IMG/VR virus record: IMGVR_UViG_3300031801_001562
Reading direction: 5' to 3' (one strand)
Length of the DNA stretch: 64,000 nucleotides
Origin: a virus
Lineage: Duplodnaviria; Caudoviricetes
Each line of letters begins with the position of its first letter. Within the stretch, counting starts at the first letter, position 1. The notes beneath the pieces are model-generated. The model had not been told where the DNA came from and did no database searches. It was given only the letters and a program-made list of their open reading frames with translations. The position numbers were made by a program, and so were the translations under genes. Shown one piece after another: positions 23,626 through 34,200 of the stretch.

Positions 23626-25058
23626 ACTGATTCCATTATTTGATAACACGCATCTTTCCAAAGACTTATATCTTTTGAATCATTCGCTATATTTGTATTA
23701 TTAATGTGATTGTAGAGTTCATTCATGTATCCTGAAAAACCTTGTTTTTTAGGCGGGGCAAACTTAAATTCTTTCTTAAATATTTCTACTAATTTTTCTT
23801 TTCCTATATCATTTACAAAAGCATCATTATAAAATATAGTATGATCTAAAAAAGGATTTCTTGACTCTATACAGCTCATTCCTAATGCCAAATTTGCGCC
23901 AATAGCTGCACAAGGGAGAAAGGATCTCTGATCCAAATACTTATTTGTTTGAGTTACATTATTAACTTTAGAGATTTGTTTTGCTACTTGATGTTTGTAT
24001 TTAGCATTTAGGTTTTTTCCGTCAGCTACTCTAGAATATTTGGAAAGCTTATTATCTTTATATAAATCATAACCCCCAAATATTTCATCTGCTCCCTCTC
24101 CCGTCAACATTACTTTTACACGAGGGCTCATTGCTTTACCCATTATGTAATATCCAACATAACTCCAAGTATAGGGAATCATATATGATTTTTGAATATA
24201 TTCTATTGCTGCTTCACACCATTGTTTTTCATCGTTTTTAACTTCCACTCTAGGCTCAAATCCATATTTTTTAATATCCGCCGAAGCCCAACATTTATCT
24301 TCATTAATTGTCGTTACATAATGATCTAAACTATCTTTAAAAAGAGCAGATATAACAGAACTATCTACTCCACCCGAAACTATTCCACAATTGACTCGAT
24401 GACTCGAATATGAACGTTGCATGTTTTTTAACAATTGTAATATATTGCCATCATAAACATGTTTCGGTTTAATAACGCGCGATTTAAGAGCTCTACCGCG
24501 CATGTTATAAGTGATTATTAAACCCTTGGGAAATAACTTAATATCTCTATAATGAGTTTTATCAAATATATAATGACGTGTTTGGTGCCAACGTTTGAGG
24601 AAGTCTTTATCTAATTTTGTTTTAACAGTTGTGGCAATAGATTTTATAGTATTACTATAAATTAAACAATTTTTATTATAATAGAAAAGAGGTACTTGCC
24701 CTATAGGATCTCTAATTAATGTTATAGTTAAATTTTTTTTGTCATAAACAGAAATTGCATATTGTCCGTTCACTTCATCAAAATTATAATCCTGTCTTCT
24801 TATTTTTTCTGCTAACCATTCCGTATCATTAGCGAAGCCCTTTGTAGGCGCGTTATATATTTCACCCACATATGTAAAATAATAATCGCCTGTATCAAAT
24901 ACTTGAGGACCCGGGAATGTTCCGGTGACGGGAAGAATACTTTGATGGAAAAATGAAGGGTTAAAGATAGCAGAAAAACTAATTTCTCCTCTTTCATCTA
25001 TATCACTGAAATCAGTATCAATTAAGGATCTGTCACTTATACCAAAAAAACCACACAT
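23622..25058 (-). CDS. asnB: asparagine synthetase B-like class II glutamine amidotransferase
   Basis: N-terminal MCG, GEIYN, RDPIG..PL, SGGVDSS, LTGEGADEIFGGY, RNPFLD, KKQGF. Confidence 0.9.
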   Translation of the reverse strand: MCGFFGISDRSLIDTDFSDIDERGEISFSAIFNPSFFHQSILPVTGTFPGPQVFDTGDYYFTYVGEIYNAPTKGFANDTEWLAEKIRRQDYNFDEVNGQYAISVYDKKNLTITLIRDPIGQVPLFYYNKNCLIYSNTIKSIATTVKTKLDKDFLKRWHQTRHYIFDKTHYRDIKLFPKGLIITYNMRGRALKSRVIKPKHVYDGNILQLLKNMQRSYSSHRVNCGIVSGGVDSSVISALFKDSLDHYVTTINEDKCWASADIKKYGFEPRVEVKNDEKQWCEAAIEYIQKSYMIPYTWSYVGYYIMGKAMSPRVKVMLTGEGADEIFGGYDLYKDNKLSKYSRVADGKNLNAKYKHQVAKQISKVNNVTQTNKYLDQRSFLPCAAIGANLALGMSCIESRNPFLDHTIFYNDAFVNDIGKEKLVEIFKKEFKFAPPKKQGFSGYMNELYNHINNTNIANDSKDISLWKDACYQIMESV

Positions 25059-25077
25059 AATAACAATAATATTTAAG

Positions 25078-25094
25078 CTACATCCTTAATGTAG
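25078..25094 (-). terminator. hairpin after the tail-fibre block (CTACAT-N5-ATGTAG), followed by late-like CTTAAATA
   Basis: 6-bp inverted repeat in a short intergenic gap; weak U-tract. Confidence 0.35.
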
Positions 25095-25095
25095 G

Positions 25096-25464
25096 TTATT
25101 CTTTTGGAATATCTGATTTAACTAGTGCAATAGCATCTTTCCATGTTGTAGTACCATTTATTTCATCATCATATAGCATTTCAAGTTGTGTGTCCCATTT
25201 TGGATATGAAGCCATCCGAAGCCTTGTCCATTCTGGCAGAGCTACCCACTCAGCATGTTCACCTTCTAGGCGCGCAAGATATGACGCGTTGTCGGTAGCC
25301 GTCTTATCCTCAATAGCCTGCTGCCTGTCCATCTCAGCTTGTATAACATCAACAGCTATTTCAGTTGCACCTTCTTTCCATACAATACTATTAATGTCCT
25401 CACCCAGATAATGAGTGTATTCTGCACCAAGTTCTGCTAGTGCATGTTTTATTTGAATAATCAT
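25096..25464 (-). CDS. tail fibre assembly/chaperone-like protein (true start MIIQIK at 25464)
   Basis: ATGA overlap with the upstream fibre gene; C-terminal R..SYP.W..QLEMLYDD...WKDAIALVK..IPK. Confidence 0.65.
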   Translation of the reverse strand: MIIQIKHALAELGAEYTHYLGEDINSIVWKEGATEIAVDVIQAEMDRQQAIEDKTATDNASYLARLEGEHAEWVALPEWTRLRMASYPKWDTQLEMLYDDEINGTTTWKDAIALVKSDIPKE

Positions 25465-27239
25465 GTTTGTATCTCTTTTACTGTTAATGTTGAAGACTGC
25501 GACAGTATCTCCGCTGTCGTTGTTCCATTTACTCTGGCTGTTACTGTTACAGTAGCACCCTTTGCGATTGTGGACGTATATAAAAAGGAAGCAAAAACAG
25601 GCAGTATCCAATCCGTTCCCACCGGTGAAGCTAACATCGTCTGTGCCTGGCCGCCTGGGCCGCCTTGTTGAATCCATTTATTATTGTAAAATTGCGGATG
25701 TCCGCCTGACATTCCGCCTCCTATCGCGATGGGATCAGAATGACCTAAATCTGAACTACCGTTAACGATCCATTGTAATCCAATTTGATCTCCATCTCCC
25801 AAAATAACCGCTGTCCGCGTCTGTAGTAAATATTTAGAATTAGCTGCTTTTGCTGTAAAAGTAACCGTTAATGGACCGCCCAACACATGTGTAAATGTTA
25901 CGGGAGTGACTTGTCCAGAACCCAGTGCAGGCAGAGTCAAGGTTATTGTGGTAGCATCAACAATTGTTGCAACTGCGGTTCCATTAGTCAACCATCCGGC
26001 ACCGGAAGTGGACAGTACTGCTCCAGGCAAAATAGCTGGAGGAAAAGCAGTCGTGTAGTTAAATGTAGAAGAAGGGATCGCGGTTCCGCCTGAGCAAGGG
26101 AGCGCCGAGGACAAATTTAACGATATCCTGGACCCGGGAATATTTACAACCGTGAGATTAGTTGGGCCATACGAGCCGCCAGAAATGGTTGAGGCAGAAG
26201 AAGTACCTGAAGCTAACGGAGTAGAACTTAACGTCATTGCTGACGAACTAGTAAGTGCAGTAATCGTAGCCGTGCCGCCCGCACCCGAAAGATAATCCGT
26301 TGTCGATCCTGGATTTGTAAATGTCAATGGGCCATATCCACTACCCACTGCAGGCTGGCTCATTATTATCGAAGTGGCGTTGACGACTATAGCTGTTGTT
26401 CCGCCGGCAATCCAACCTTGCGATCCGGATATTGTTGCTCCAACTGCAACAGGTCCGTATGGAGGGTTGTTGGTGAAAGTGAATCCACCTGCGTTAATGG
26501 TAGTCGAGCCGGCATTAACTGAGACTGAACCTCCATTAGGAGGGCCGGCCATTCCAGTATAATATGAACTGCCGGATACAACAGTAGGAGGAAGGGTAAT
26601 GGTTGCTCCAACTGTAATTCCTGCCGGTAGATTACCTGAGCTAGGGCTTATTGAAGTACTGGAAGTTGATAAAGTCCATGTTCCGGGAGTAATAGTAGGA
26701 GGAGTGGCTTGGCTTGGAACGAATTCCGATCCAACATGAATTCTGGTATCCATGAGGGCGCCGCCATCTGTGTTAAGCGCAGTTTGACCAGTAATTACAG
26801 TGTCCCATAAACCTCCATCAGCGAATCCTTCGTTGAAGGTAGCAGTAGTTGAACCACCAGTGAACTGCCAGTTCTGCCCATCTGTAACGTTTGTTTCTCC
26901 AAAAGTTAGATCTGTGGCACTGGGCGCGCCCGATTTGGTCATGTTTGTTGATGATCCAACCATCGCATGTTCTTGGATTCCCGAACCACCAAAGTCAAGT
27001 ACGACACCAGGGCCTGTGGTTGTCGCTCCCGTAGTTGCTGCTATCTTTATCTGCTCTACACCTTGATCATCATTAAAAGAAATGTCCCCACCTGTTGCAG
27101 GCTGAAATATTAATTTTTGATTAGGTCTGGCCTTTATGATAGTATCGCCAGAGGCAGGAACACTAATTATGTTTGTTCCGCCCTCATCCTGTATTTTCAG
27201 GTTATCACCTGTCCCTGCTTTTATAATTGAATCTGCCAT
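25461..27239 (-). CDS. tail fibre/virion protein (Gly/Thr/Ser-rich), paralog of 27254..27964 with a large internal insertion
   Basis: Shared N-terminus MAD.IIK...GDNLKIQD and C-terminal F.AK.ANSKY block. Confidence 0.7.
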   Translation of the reverse strand: MADSIIKAGTGDNLKIQDEGGTNIISVPASGDTIIKARPNQKLIFQPATGGDISFNDDQGVEQIKIAATTGATTTGPGVVLDFGGSGIQEHAMVGSSTNMTKSGAPSATDLTFGETNVTDGQNWQFTGGSTTATFNEGFADGGLWDTVITGQTALNTDGGALMDTRIHVGSEFVPSQATPPTITPGTWTLSTSSTSISPSSGNLPAGITVGATITLPPTVVSGSSYYTGMAGPPNGGSVSVNAGSTTINAGGFTFTNNPPYGPVAVGATISGSQGWIAGGTTAIVVNATSIIMSQPAVGSGYGPLTFTNPGSTTDYLSGAGGTATITALTSSSAMTLSSTPLASGTSSASTISGGSYGPTNLTVVNIPGSRISLNLSSALPCSGGTAIPSSTFNYTTAFPPAILPGAVLSTSGAGWLTNGTAVATIVDATTITLTLPALGSGQVTPVTFTHVLGGPLTVTFTAKAANSKYLLQTRTAVILGDGDQIGLQWIVNGSSDLGHSDPIAIGGGMSGGHPQFYNNKWIQQGGPGGQAQTMLASPVGTDWILPVFASFLYTSTIAKGATVTVTARVNGTTTAEILSQSSTLTVKEIQT

Positions 27240-27253
27240 GGTTTAGCGACCTC

Positions 27254-27964
27254 TTATCCTATTTCTTCTACGGTTAAAGTTGTAGCTGTCGATTTTAAAG
27301 TAAGATCTCCGGTAGGAGCACTTACCATTCCTATTATAGTAACAGTTGCAAGAGCCGCAATTGAAGACTGATATGTAAAACTTGAAGACACTGGTAAAGT
27401 GAGTGCTCCCACTGTTGGACTAGCGGCTACGGTCTGATTACCATCATTGTTAGTGAATGCGACATGACCACCGGTCACTGACATACCGGAGAAAACTGTT
27501 GAGGTAGATCCTACCACGGTTCCGTTTACAGACCAATTAAAAAAAGCTGAATCAGATCCAGTGATAACAGTATCTAACTGCATAGCATATTTAGAGTTTG
27601 CAAATTTCGATGTAAATACCACTTGTAATATTCCGCCTCCAAAAGTAATATTATTTACTCCTGTGCTAGCAGTCATATCTGTGCCGGAACCTTGTACCAC
27701 TTGTAAATTACCTCTCATTCCTCCGGTAGGATTATAAGATCCAAATGTAGTGGCTCCGGTTGTAGCCAATATCTTCAATTGTTCAGTACCTTGATCATCA
27801 TTGAAAATAAGGTCACCGCTTGTCGCCTGTAAAACTAAATTTTGACCTGAAGAGGATTTTATTGTAGTATCTGCTCCAGCCATCACAGAAATGGCAGCTC
27901 CTCCTGCCGCATCTTGGATTTTTAGGTTATCACCTACTGCTGGTTTTATAATAAAATCTGCCAT
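27254..27964 (-). CDS. short tail fibre/virion protein (probable start MADFII at 27964)
   Basis: Paralog of 25461..27239; SD AAAGGAA. Confidence 0.7.
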   Translation of the reverse strand: MADFIIKPAVGDNLKIQDAAGGAAISVMAGADTTIKSSSGQNLVLQATSGDLIFNDDQGTEQLKILATTGATTFGSYNPTGGMRGNLQVVQGSGTDMTASTGVNNITFGGGILQVVFTSKFANSKYAMQLDTVITGSDSAFFNWSVNGTVVGSTSTVFSGMSVTGGHVAFTNNDGNQTVAASPTVGALTLPVSSSFTYQSSIAALATVTIIGMVSAPTGDLTLKSTATTLTVEEIG

Positions 27965-27980
27965 TTTTTTCCTTTTTAAA

Positions 27981-28232
27981 TTATTCTGGTTTAGTAGGCC
28001 AAACTGGGTCAACTAACACATCATCATCCGCACCGGGAAATGAAAAATCCCTGAGTGCTTGTCTGTAAGTTTTCCATGCAGCTTTTTTAGCTGTTGGATA
28101 ATCCGTAACAATATATTTATCACTTTCAGCTAATAGATTGTTGCGCTCTGCTCTAGCAACTGCAATATCCATGCGCTCGTCATTTTCATAAAAAACTGGA
28201 TCGCCGGTTCCCATTTGTATCTTATTTGCCAT
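27981..28232 (-). CDS. phage tail assembly chaperone-like protein
   Basis: RAERNNLLAESD...W..YRQALRD...WPTKP. Confidence 0.75.
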   Translation of the reverse strand: MANKIQMGTGDPVFYENDERMDIAVARAERNNLLAESDKYIVTDYPTAKKAAWKTYRQALRDFSFPGADDDVLVDPVWPTKPE

Positions 28233-28270
28233 ATTGCTCTTTTTATTAATTGATCTTGTTATTAAATATT

Positions 28271-31200
28271 TTATGCACCATCAAAGCCGTAACCAACTCC
28301 ATAATGTGTATATTGTGTAGAACTAGTGTTTTCTGCTATTCCATTCCTTAATCCATAAAGATATGCTCCTTCTCCTATCGTATCTTCACCCATGCCGCCC
28401 ATGGGGTTCGAGTGCGTGTGGACGAAGCTTTGGTAGCCCGGACCGTGTACGGTCATATCTGATAATGGAAATTGTGCGTGTTTGAACCGCGTTTGAAGGC
28501 CTTGCTGCAGTATAGCAGATCCGCTGTTGTTGGGCGCTGAAAGACCTCTAAACTCAATAGCGGCGAATTGATAATTATATGCTTGTTTCCACATATCTGC
28601 TCCATGATTATATTGACCATCTGTTGTTGCGAGGGTGCACATTCCAGTTGTATATTGTCCATAGAGATTTTCAGTTACATAATTAGGACTACTATAATAG
28701 GGATCTGCTCCATAGTTGCTGCAAGCTATCCAATGAAATCTAGGCGGCTGTCTACAACGTCCTCCGCCAACCTGAGCATTATCAATGAATATAGTTATTT
28801 GGGTCTTATAATGATCAAAAACTGATGAGCCTTGACCACTGCCGGCAGTGAAAGCTTGTACGGGAACTATATCTCCATTTTGGCTACTCATTATTGTAGA
28901 TGTTCCATCGGTTTTTAGCGTTGTGGCGCAATAAGCGTGCTTGGCGCCGGCCTTCGCGGCAGCATTAAAAACAATAGATGGGCTTAAAGGACTTGTAGAT
29001 GAAGCCGTGTTCATTTGTTGAATCCACATCTGCATTCCAAGGCGATCATTGAGTGCATAACATGATATACCTGGAATTTTTATCATGTATTGAGAATACC
29101 TGTGCTTGGATGAGGTCGCTAGTCCATAAGAAAGTGGAACTTTTAAAAGATGTGGAGAATCATTAGTTCCATACATCCAACCTCCTTCATAGCGTACAAG
29201 TCCTAAGTAATCCCATCCTAATCCCATCGGAATACGTGTACCGGATGCGTCCTCTGCGACCTTCGCAGCGCCCGTAGTGGAGGTCGAAAGATATGCCGGA
29301 TACACTGGATTTACACCATGAGCTGATGTTCCGCCGGATTCTATTGCACCTTTTGAAATGGAATCTAATGATGTTAAACTTGAACCATCGGTCAATCCTC
29401 CGCCACCTGTAACGGTGTTTTCAATTGATCCTGCAACAACTGCTCCTACTCTTGTAATATTATCCTGAACAGCTGTATTAATTGTGCCTGTAAAATTTGT
29501 ACCGGCGATAGTAGGTTGACCGGTAATACCCGATCCTAATACACCTGTTACATCAGTCCCAATAACATGACTTGAAGTTAATGTGCCTGTTGTAGCAGAT
29601 AAATCAACTCCTGCACCAAGTACGCCGGTGGCTCGATTAGTTATATTAACTCCAAGATCAAGATCACCAGTTTTATTGTCTAAGAAATTATCATCATAGT
29701 TTGAAACTAAAGGTTGGGCATTTGTTAGTGTACCGGAACCCACTACATTAAAACCACCCGTAATAAGAGTCACTCCAGTTGGAGTTTCTTCTTCAAAAAG
29801 TTTTCCTAAACGTAAGACTCCATTAACAGTTAATTCACCTGTCTGTAGGAATGTTTCTGAAAGTAATAGCTTATCTGTGCCTACAGCAATAGTTTGTGCA
29901 GGAAGTGGGTATGTAGAACCTGTAGGATATTTTTCTACTAATGATGATAAGGACTCAACCGCTCCACTACCGCCTCCTCCTCCAGCAGATGTTCCTACTC
30001 CGTCAGCAATTAATAATTCTGTTGCTGAAAGCGCAGTTCCCGCGATAACAGAAGGTGTATCTGCAGTTGTAGATAAAGTTCCAGATGCATCTGATTGTAA
30101 ATAATATACAGAACCAGGTGTTAAACCTGATTGGGCATCATCAATAGCACCGCCAGTTTGAATTGTTGCTGTAGCCGCATCTGCATATGCTCCGTCAGAA
30201 ATTCCTATGTAATTAGTTGTAGTAATATTCGGAGTACCGGCTATATTAATTGTTCCAGTAGTAAATTTGGTTTTTCCAGATCCGGCGCTATAACCACCAG
30301 TGCTGGAGCCATCTCCGTCAAACATGTGATTAACCATTAATTTAGTTCCAGAAACATTCATTGCAGCAGTAAATTTTTCGTAACCAAAATTACTGTCCCA
30401 GCTATGACCATTCTCAGGTCCTGGAGTCATTTCCGTCGGAGTACCGTCAGCAGTTATTGTCGTTCCCGAGCCTGTAAGTAAAAATCTTTGTGCGTTGATT
30501 GTCTGTGAGTAATAAGAGGCGCCTGATGCAGGGCTCCATACACCGAAAAATTTGTCAGCATCATTGGGGTCCCAGAATATTTGCACTGGAGAAGCACCGC
30601 CATAATTCCAGCCTTGTCCGGGATCCAAAACAAAAAGTGAACCAAAAGTCACGCCGGTTCCTGCTACTGTTCCTAATACTAATTCCGGTGTTTCGGTGTA
30701 GTTAGCATTTTTCCGCCTGAATGAAAATAAGAGTTGATTTTGTCTATTGGGATTCCATTCCATGTAGTGATCATTTTCTGATCCTTCTGTGCTTCCGATT
30801 CCGAAATGAATCTGAATTGCGGAACCTTTAGTCATAGTAGTTGCGTTCGAGGCAAGCTCAATAATAACCATTCTAGGTTCACCACCGTTGTGGTTCGCAA
30901 ACGTAGCAAAAAATTTGCCTTCCGTAAAAGGATCAAATCGACAACTTCTAATTCTAACAACACCACCGGTATATGTTCGATTGTCCAAACGATAAGCTGT
31001 TGTGCTAGCCGTCAACGTATGTGGTCCGGCTCCAACAGGTGAAATTATAGCTGATCCAGCATTATGGAGTTTCTCTCCGCTTGTTCCACCAACCGCAAAT
31101 TCATTTTGCCAAGCGCATCTAAATCCTGTTCCTGTAAACTGTGAATCCCAATCGAATGAGAATGTAGCATCAGGAGTGCCACTCTGGGCACCTCCAGAAC

Positions 31201-34200
31201 AGTCTTGTCCTGCTTCAAAATCAAGTAAAGGATACCAGCTAAGTGATGTTCCTGTTACAGTTGCAACACCAAAGTGTGCGCCGTTGGTTTGTGTAGCGCC
31301 GGTTCCGTCAGTACCGTATACAGCTCCTATCAAATTAGCTTGGGTAGGATGAAATTTAAAAGAAATCATACTACCACCTTGAGGTGCAGCGGTTTCAATA
31401 TCTACTGGAGTACCCCATGATATAGTTGTGCCTGTTAGTGTACCAACTACCATCTGCAAATAAGTTCCAGTTGCACCGGAACTATCCCAATATCCTACTA
31501 CGAATTTATTATCGTCATTCGGATCAAAGTCTATAGTTGATCCCCATCTATCATTCCTTATATCGCCATTGACCCCTTGAAGAGCTGTACCCTGAGCATC
31601 AGTACTAACTCCTAGTGCTCCTTGTGGAATGGCATGTTCAACTTTTCCATCTGAGCGAAGAATAACTCTATCTCCATCAGCTAATGCACCGGAAGCTACA
31701 GCTTCAAATCTTCCGGAACCCGGAACTGCGTCAGCAGAAGTCCAATTTGTTCCATCACTTGTTAGAAGTTTTCCTGCTGTTCCTGCTACTGGTAATCCGG
31801 GATCTGTCTCAGCGTTGGAAATCCAATTTGTTCCATCACTTTTTAAAACGTATCCGGCTAATCCTGGAGTTGGTAATTCCGCTTCATCTCCGGAAATCCA
31901 ATTTGTTCCATCACTTTTTAAAACTTTTCCGGCTAATCCTGGAGTTGGTAATTCCACTGGAGCAACTGCTGAAATCCAATTCGTTCCGTCACTTGATAAA
32001 AGTCTTCCTGTTGTTCCTGGTAATGGTAATTGCGAACCTACCACGCCTGGACGAGTGGCAGCAATTAATAATTCTGTTGCTGAAAGTGCTTGACCAGCGT
32101 AAACGACAGGTGAACCAACAGTTGTAGTTAAAGTTCCATCAGGTTGTACATAATATGTGGATCCGGTTGTTAAACCTGATTGTGCATCATCTGTAGCTCC
32201 AGAAAGTTGAATTGTTGCTGTTGCTCCATCAGCATATACACCATCGGAAATTCCTAAGAAATTATCTGCAGTAAGATTTGTTACTCCTTCTGATCCGATT
32301 GTACCAGTAGTAAGTTGAGTATCTCCAGTCGTTTCAGTATGGCTCACCATAAATTTCCTTCCGGAAGCCGATGCCGCAGCGTGCCAAGGATAAGTTAGAG
32401 TATTATCAAACCAGTCGTGATCAGCAATTGTTACCGGGGAACCAACCTCCGTTATAGTAGTACCAGTAATATTAAAGGCTTGGCATATGAGGTCAGCTGA
32501 CGAGGAAAAAGCGGTTGTTACGCCGTAAAATCTACCTTGAGCGGCGCCGAGTGCAAAGAAAATATTCCATGGTTGTGACGGTGCGGTGTACCCTGGATGG
32601 GAAGCCTCCCAGTCTGTGGCAGTTGGGGTAAACCTAGTTCCCCAAGATACTGAAGTTCCACTTACTGTTCCTACGCACATTGTAGCGGGATTATATGTCT
32701 TACCTGAAAATACGATTTGGTTTGCTATAGCAGGATTCCATTCACAGTAGGCCCCGTCATCACTATTATCTACACCTTGTCCCGTAAGCTGTATTTCTGA
32801 ACCCAAACTAGGATAATTATTTGAATCTAAATTAACTATGCGTAAAGCGTGACCTATTCCGCCTCCTCCTGAAGGGTAATGATGTATCCAAAAGAATTTC
32901 TTGTGAGTATTAGGATCAAATCGTAAAGATTTAATTTGTCCACCGCCCCATTGATAATTACCAGCAGTGAAAAGCCCTCGTGGCCATGTTGCTGAACCTG
33001 GAGTTATAGTAGTAGCGTCCACAGTAACTTTACCTGCTCTCAAAACTGGCATTCGATAGTTAACTGCACCGGAATAATCAAACCAAACATCCATGCCACA
33101 AGCATATTCTCTGGTACTACCACTTGAATTGCGATCCCAATCAAAGCAGAAATTACCTTTTTCGAAATGAGGTACACTCGAGCCGTATGAAGCACCCAGA
33201 TGCATATTAAGAGAAGATTTGGGCACAAATCGCGCAGTCGGTGCGTTTTCAATCATTCCAAATGTAAGTATTGGACTTTTTGTACCCATATAGTCGGCGC
33301 CGTATGCAATTGCTACCAAATCAGCTACATCTGGATGAAAATGTATAGCAACAGGACTACTATCGTTATCCGTAGTGATATCAACTGGAGTACCTAATGT
33401 TATAGTTGTACCAGATATTGTTCCTACTACGGCCCTTGGATAACCTGTTCCAACTGGCGCGTTTTCGTCTTTATATCCTATGATGAATCTATTCTCGTCA
33501 AGTGGATCCCAAGAAATGAACGCTTTCTGCTGTGGTTGATCTGTTTGACTACTGCCTTGAGCCACTGTAGGTTCATCCATCCTTCCACCCATCGTTTGCG
33601 ATTGAGTATCGGTAGTTGGAGTATCCAGCGGTGCCGGATTATTGGCAACTAGTTTAACCTTTCCATCTGCCTGAAGAATAACTTTATTTCCATTTGCCAA
33701 AGATCCAGATGCAACAATTTGTAAAGTATCGACGGCGTAAGCTGCGGCGACTCCTGCTGCTTGAGCGGTTGATTGAGCCGCATTTGCTTTAGTGGTTGCG
33801 TCGGCAGCGGCGCTCGCCAATACTGTTGCTTCTGCTGCTACTCTAGTAACTTGATGTGCTGTTATAGCTGCGGTTGCTGCAGTTCTATCTAGTGTGATGT
33901 CTTTTAACACGGCAGAATCAGCTAATAATATTCTCGTTGTGCCAACTGCCGTTCCCACTAAAACTTCTGGTGTATTCGCAGTTGCAGATAAGACTCCATC
34001 TCCTTGTAAATAATATTTGGTTCCTATTGTTAAACCTGATTGTGCATCGTCAACTGCGCCGGGAAGTTGAACTGTTGCTGTCGCACCGTTTGCATATGCA
34101 CCATCGGAAATACCTAAGAAATTAGTTGCAGTAAGATTGGTTCCGGCTGAACCATAAAACGTAGATTGTGTAAACACAGGATCTTCGGAAGGGTTTAAAC

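Noticed and set aside
23622-25058. GAT-QueC (archaeosine/dG+ synthesis) call for the GATase-PP-loop protein
   Set aside because: The C-terminus has AsnB motifs (GEGADE, RNPFLD, KKQGF) and lacks the QueC zinc CxxCxxC motif
25465-25677. Long N-terminal extension and overlap of the 25096..25677 ORF
   Set aside because: The extension overlaps the fibre gene in another frame; an ATGA-coupled start at 25464 gives a normal chaperone-size protein
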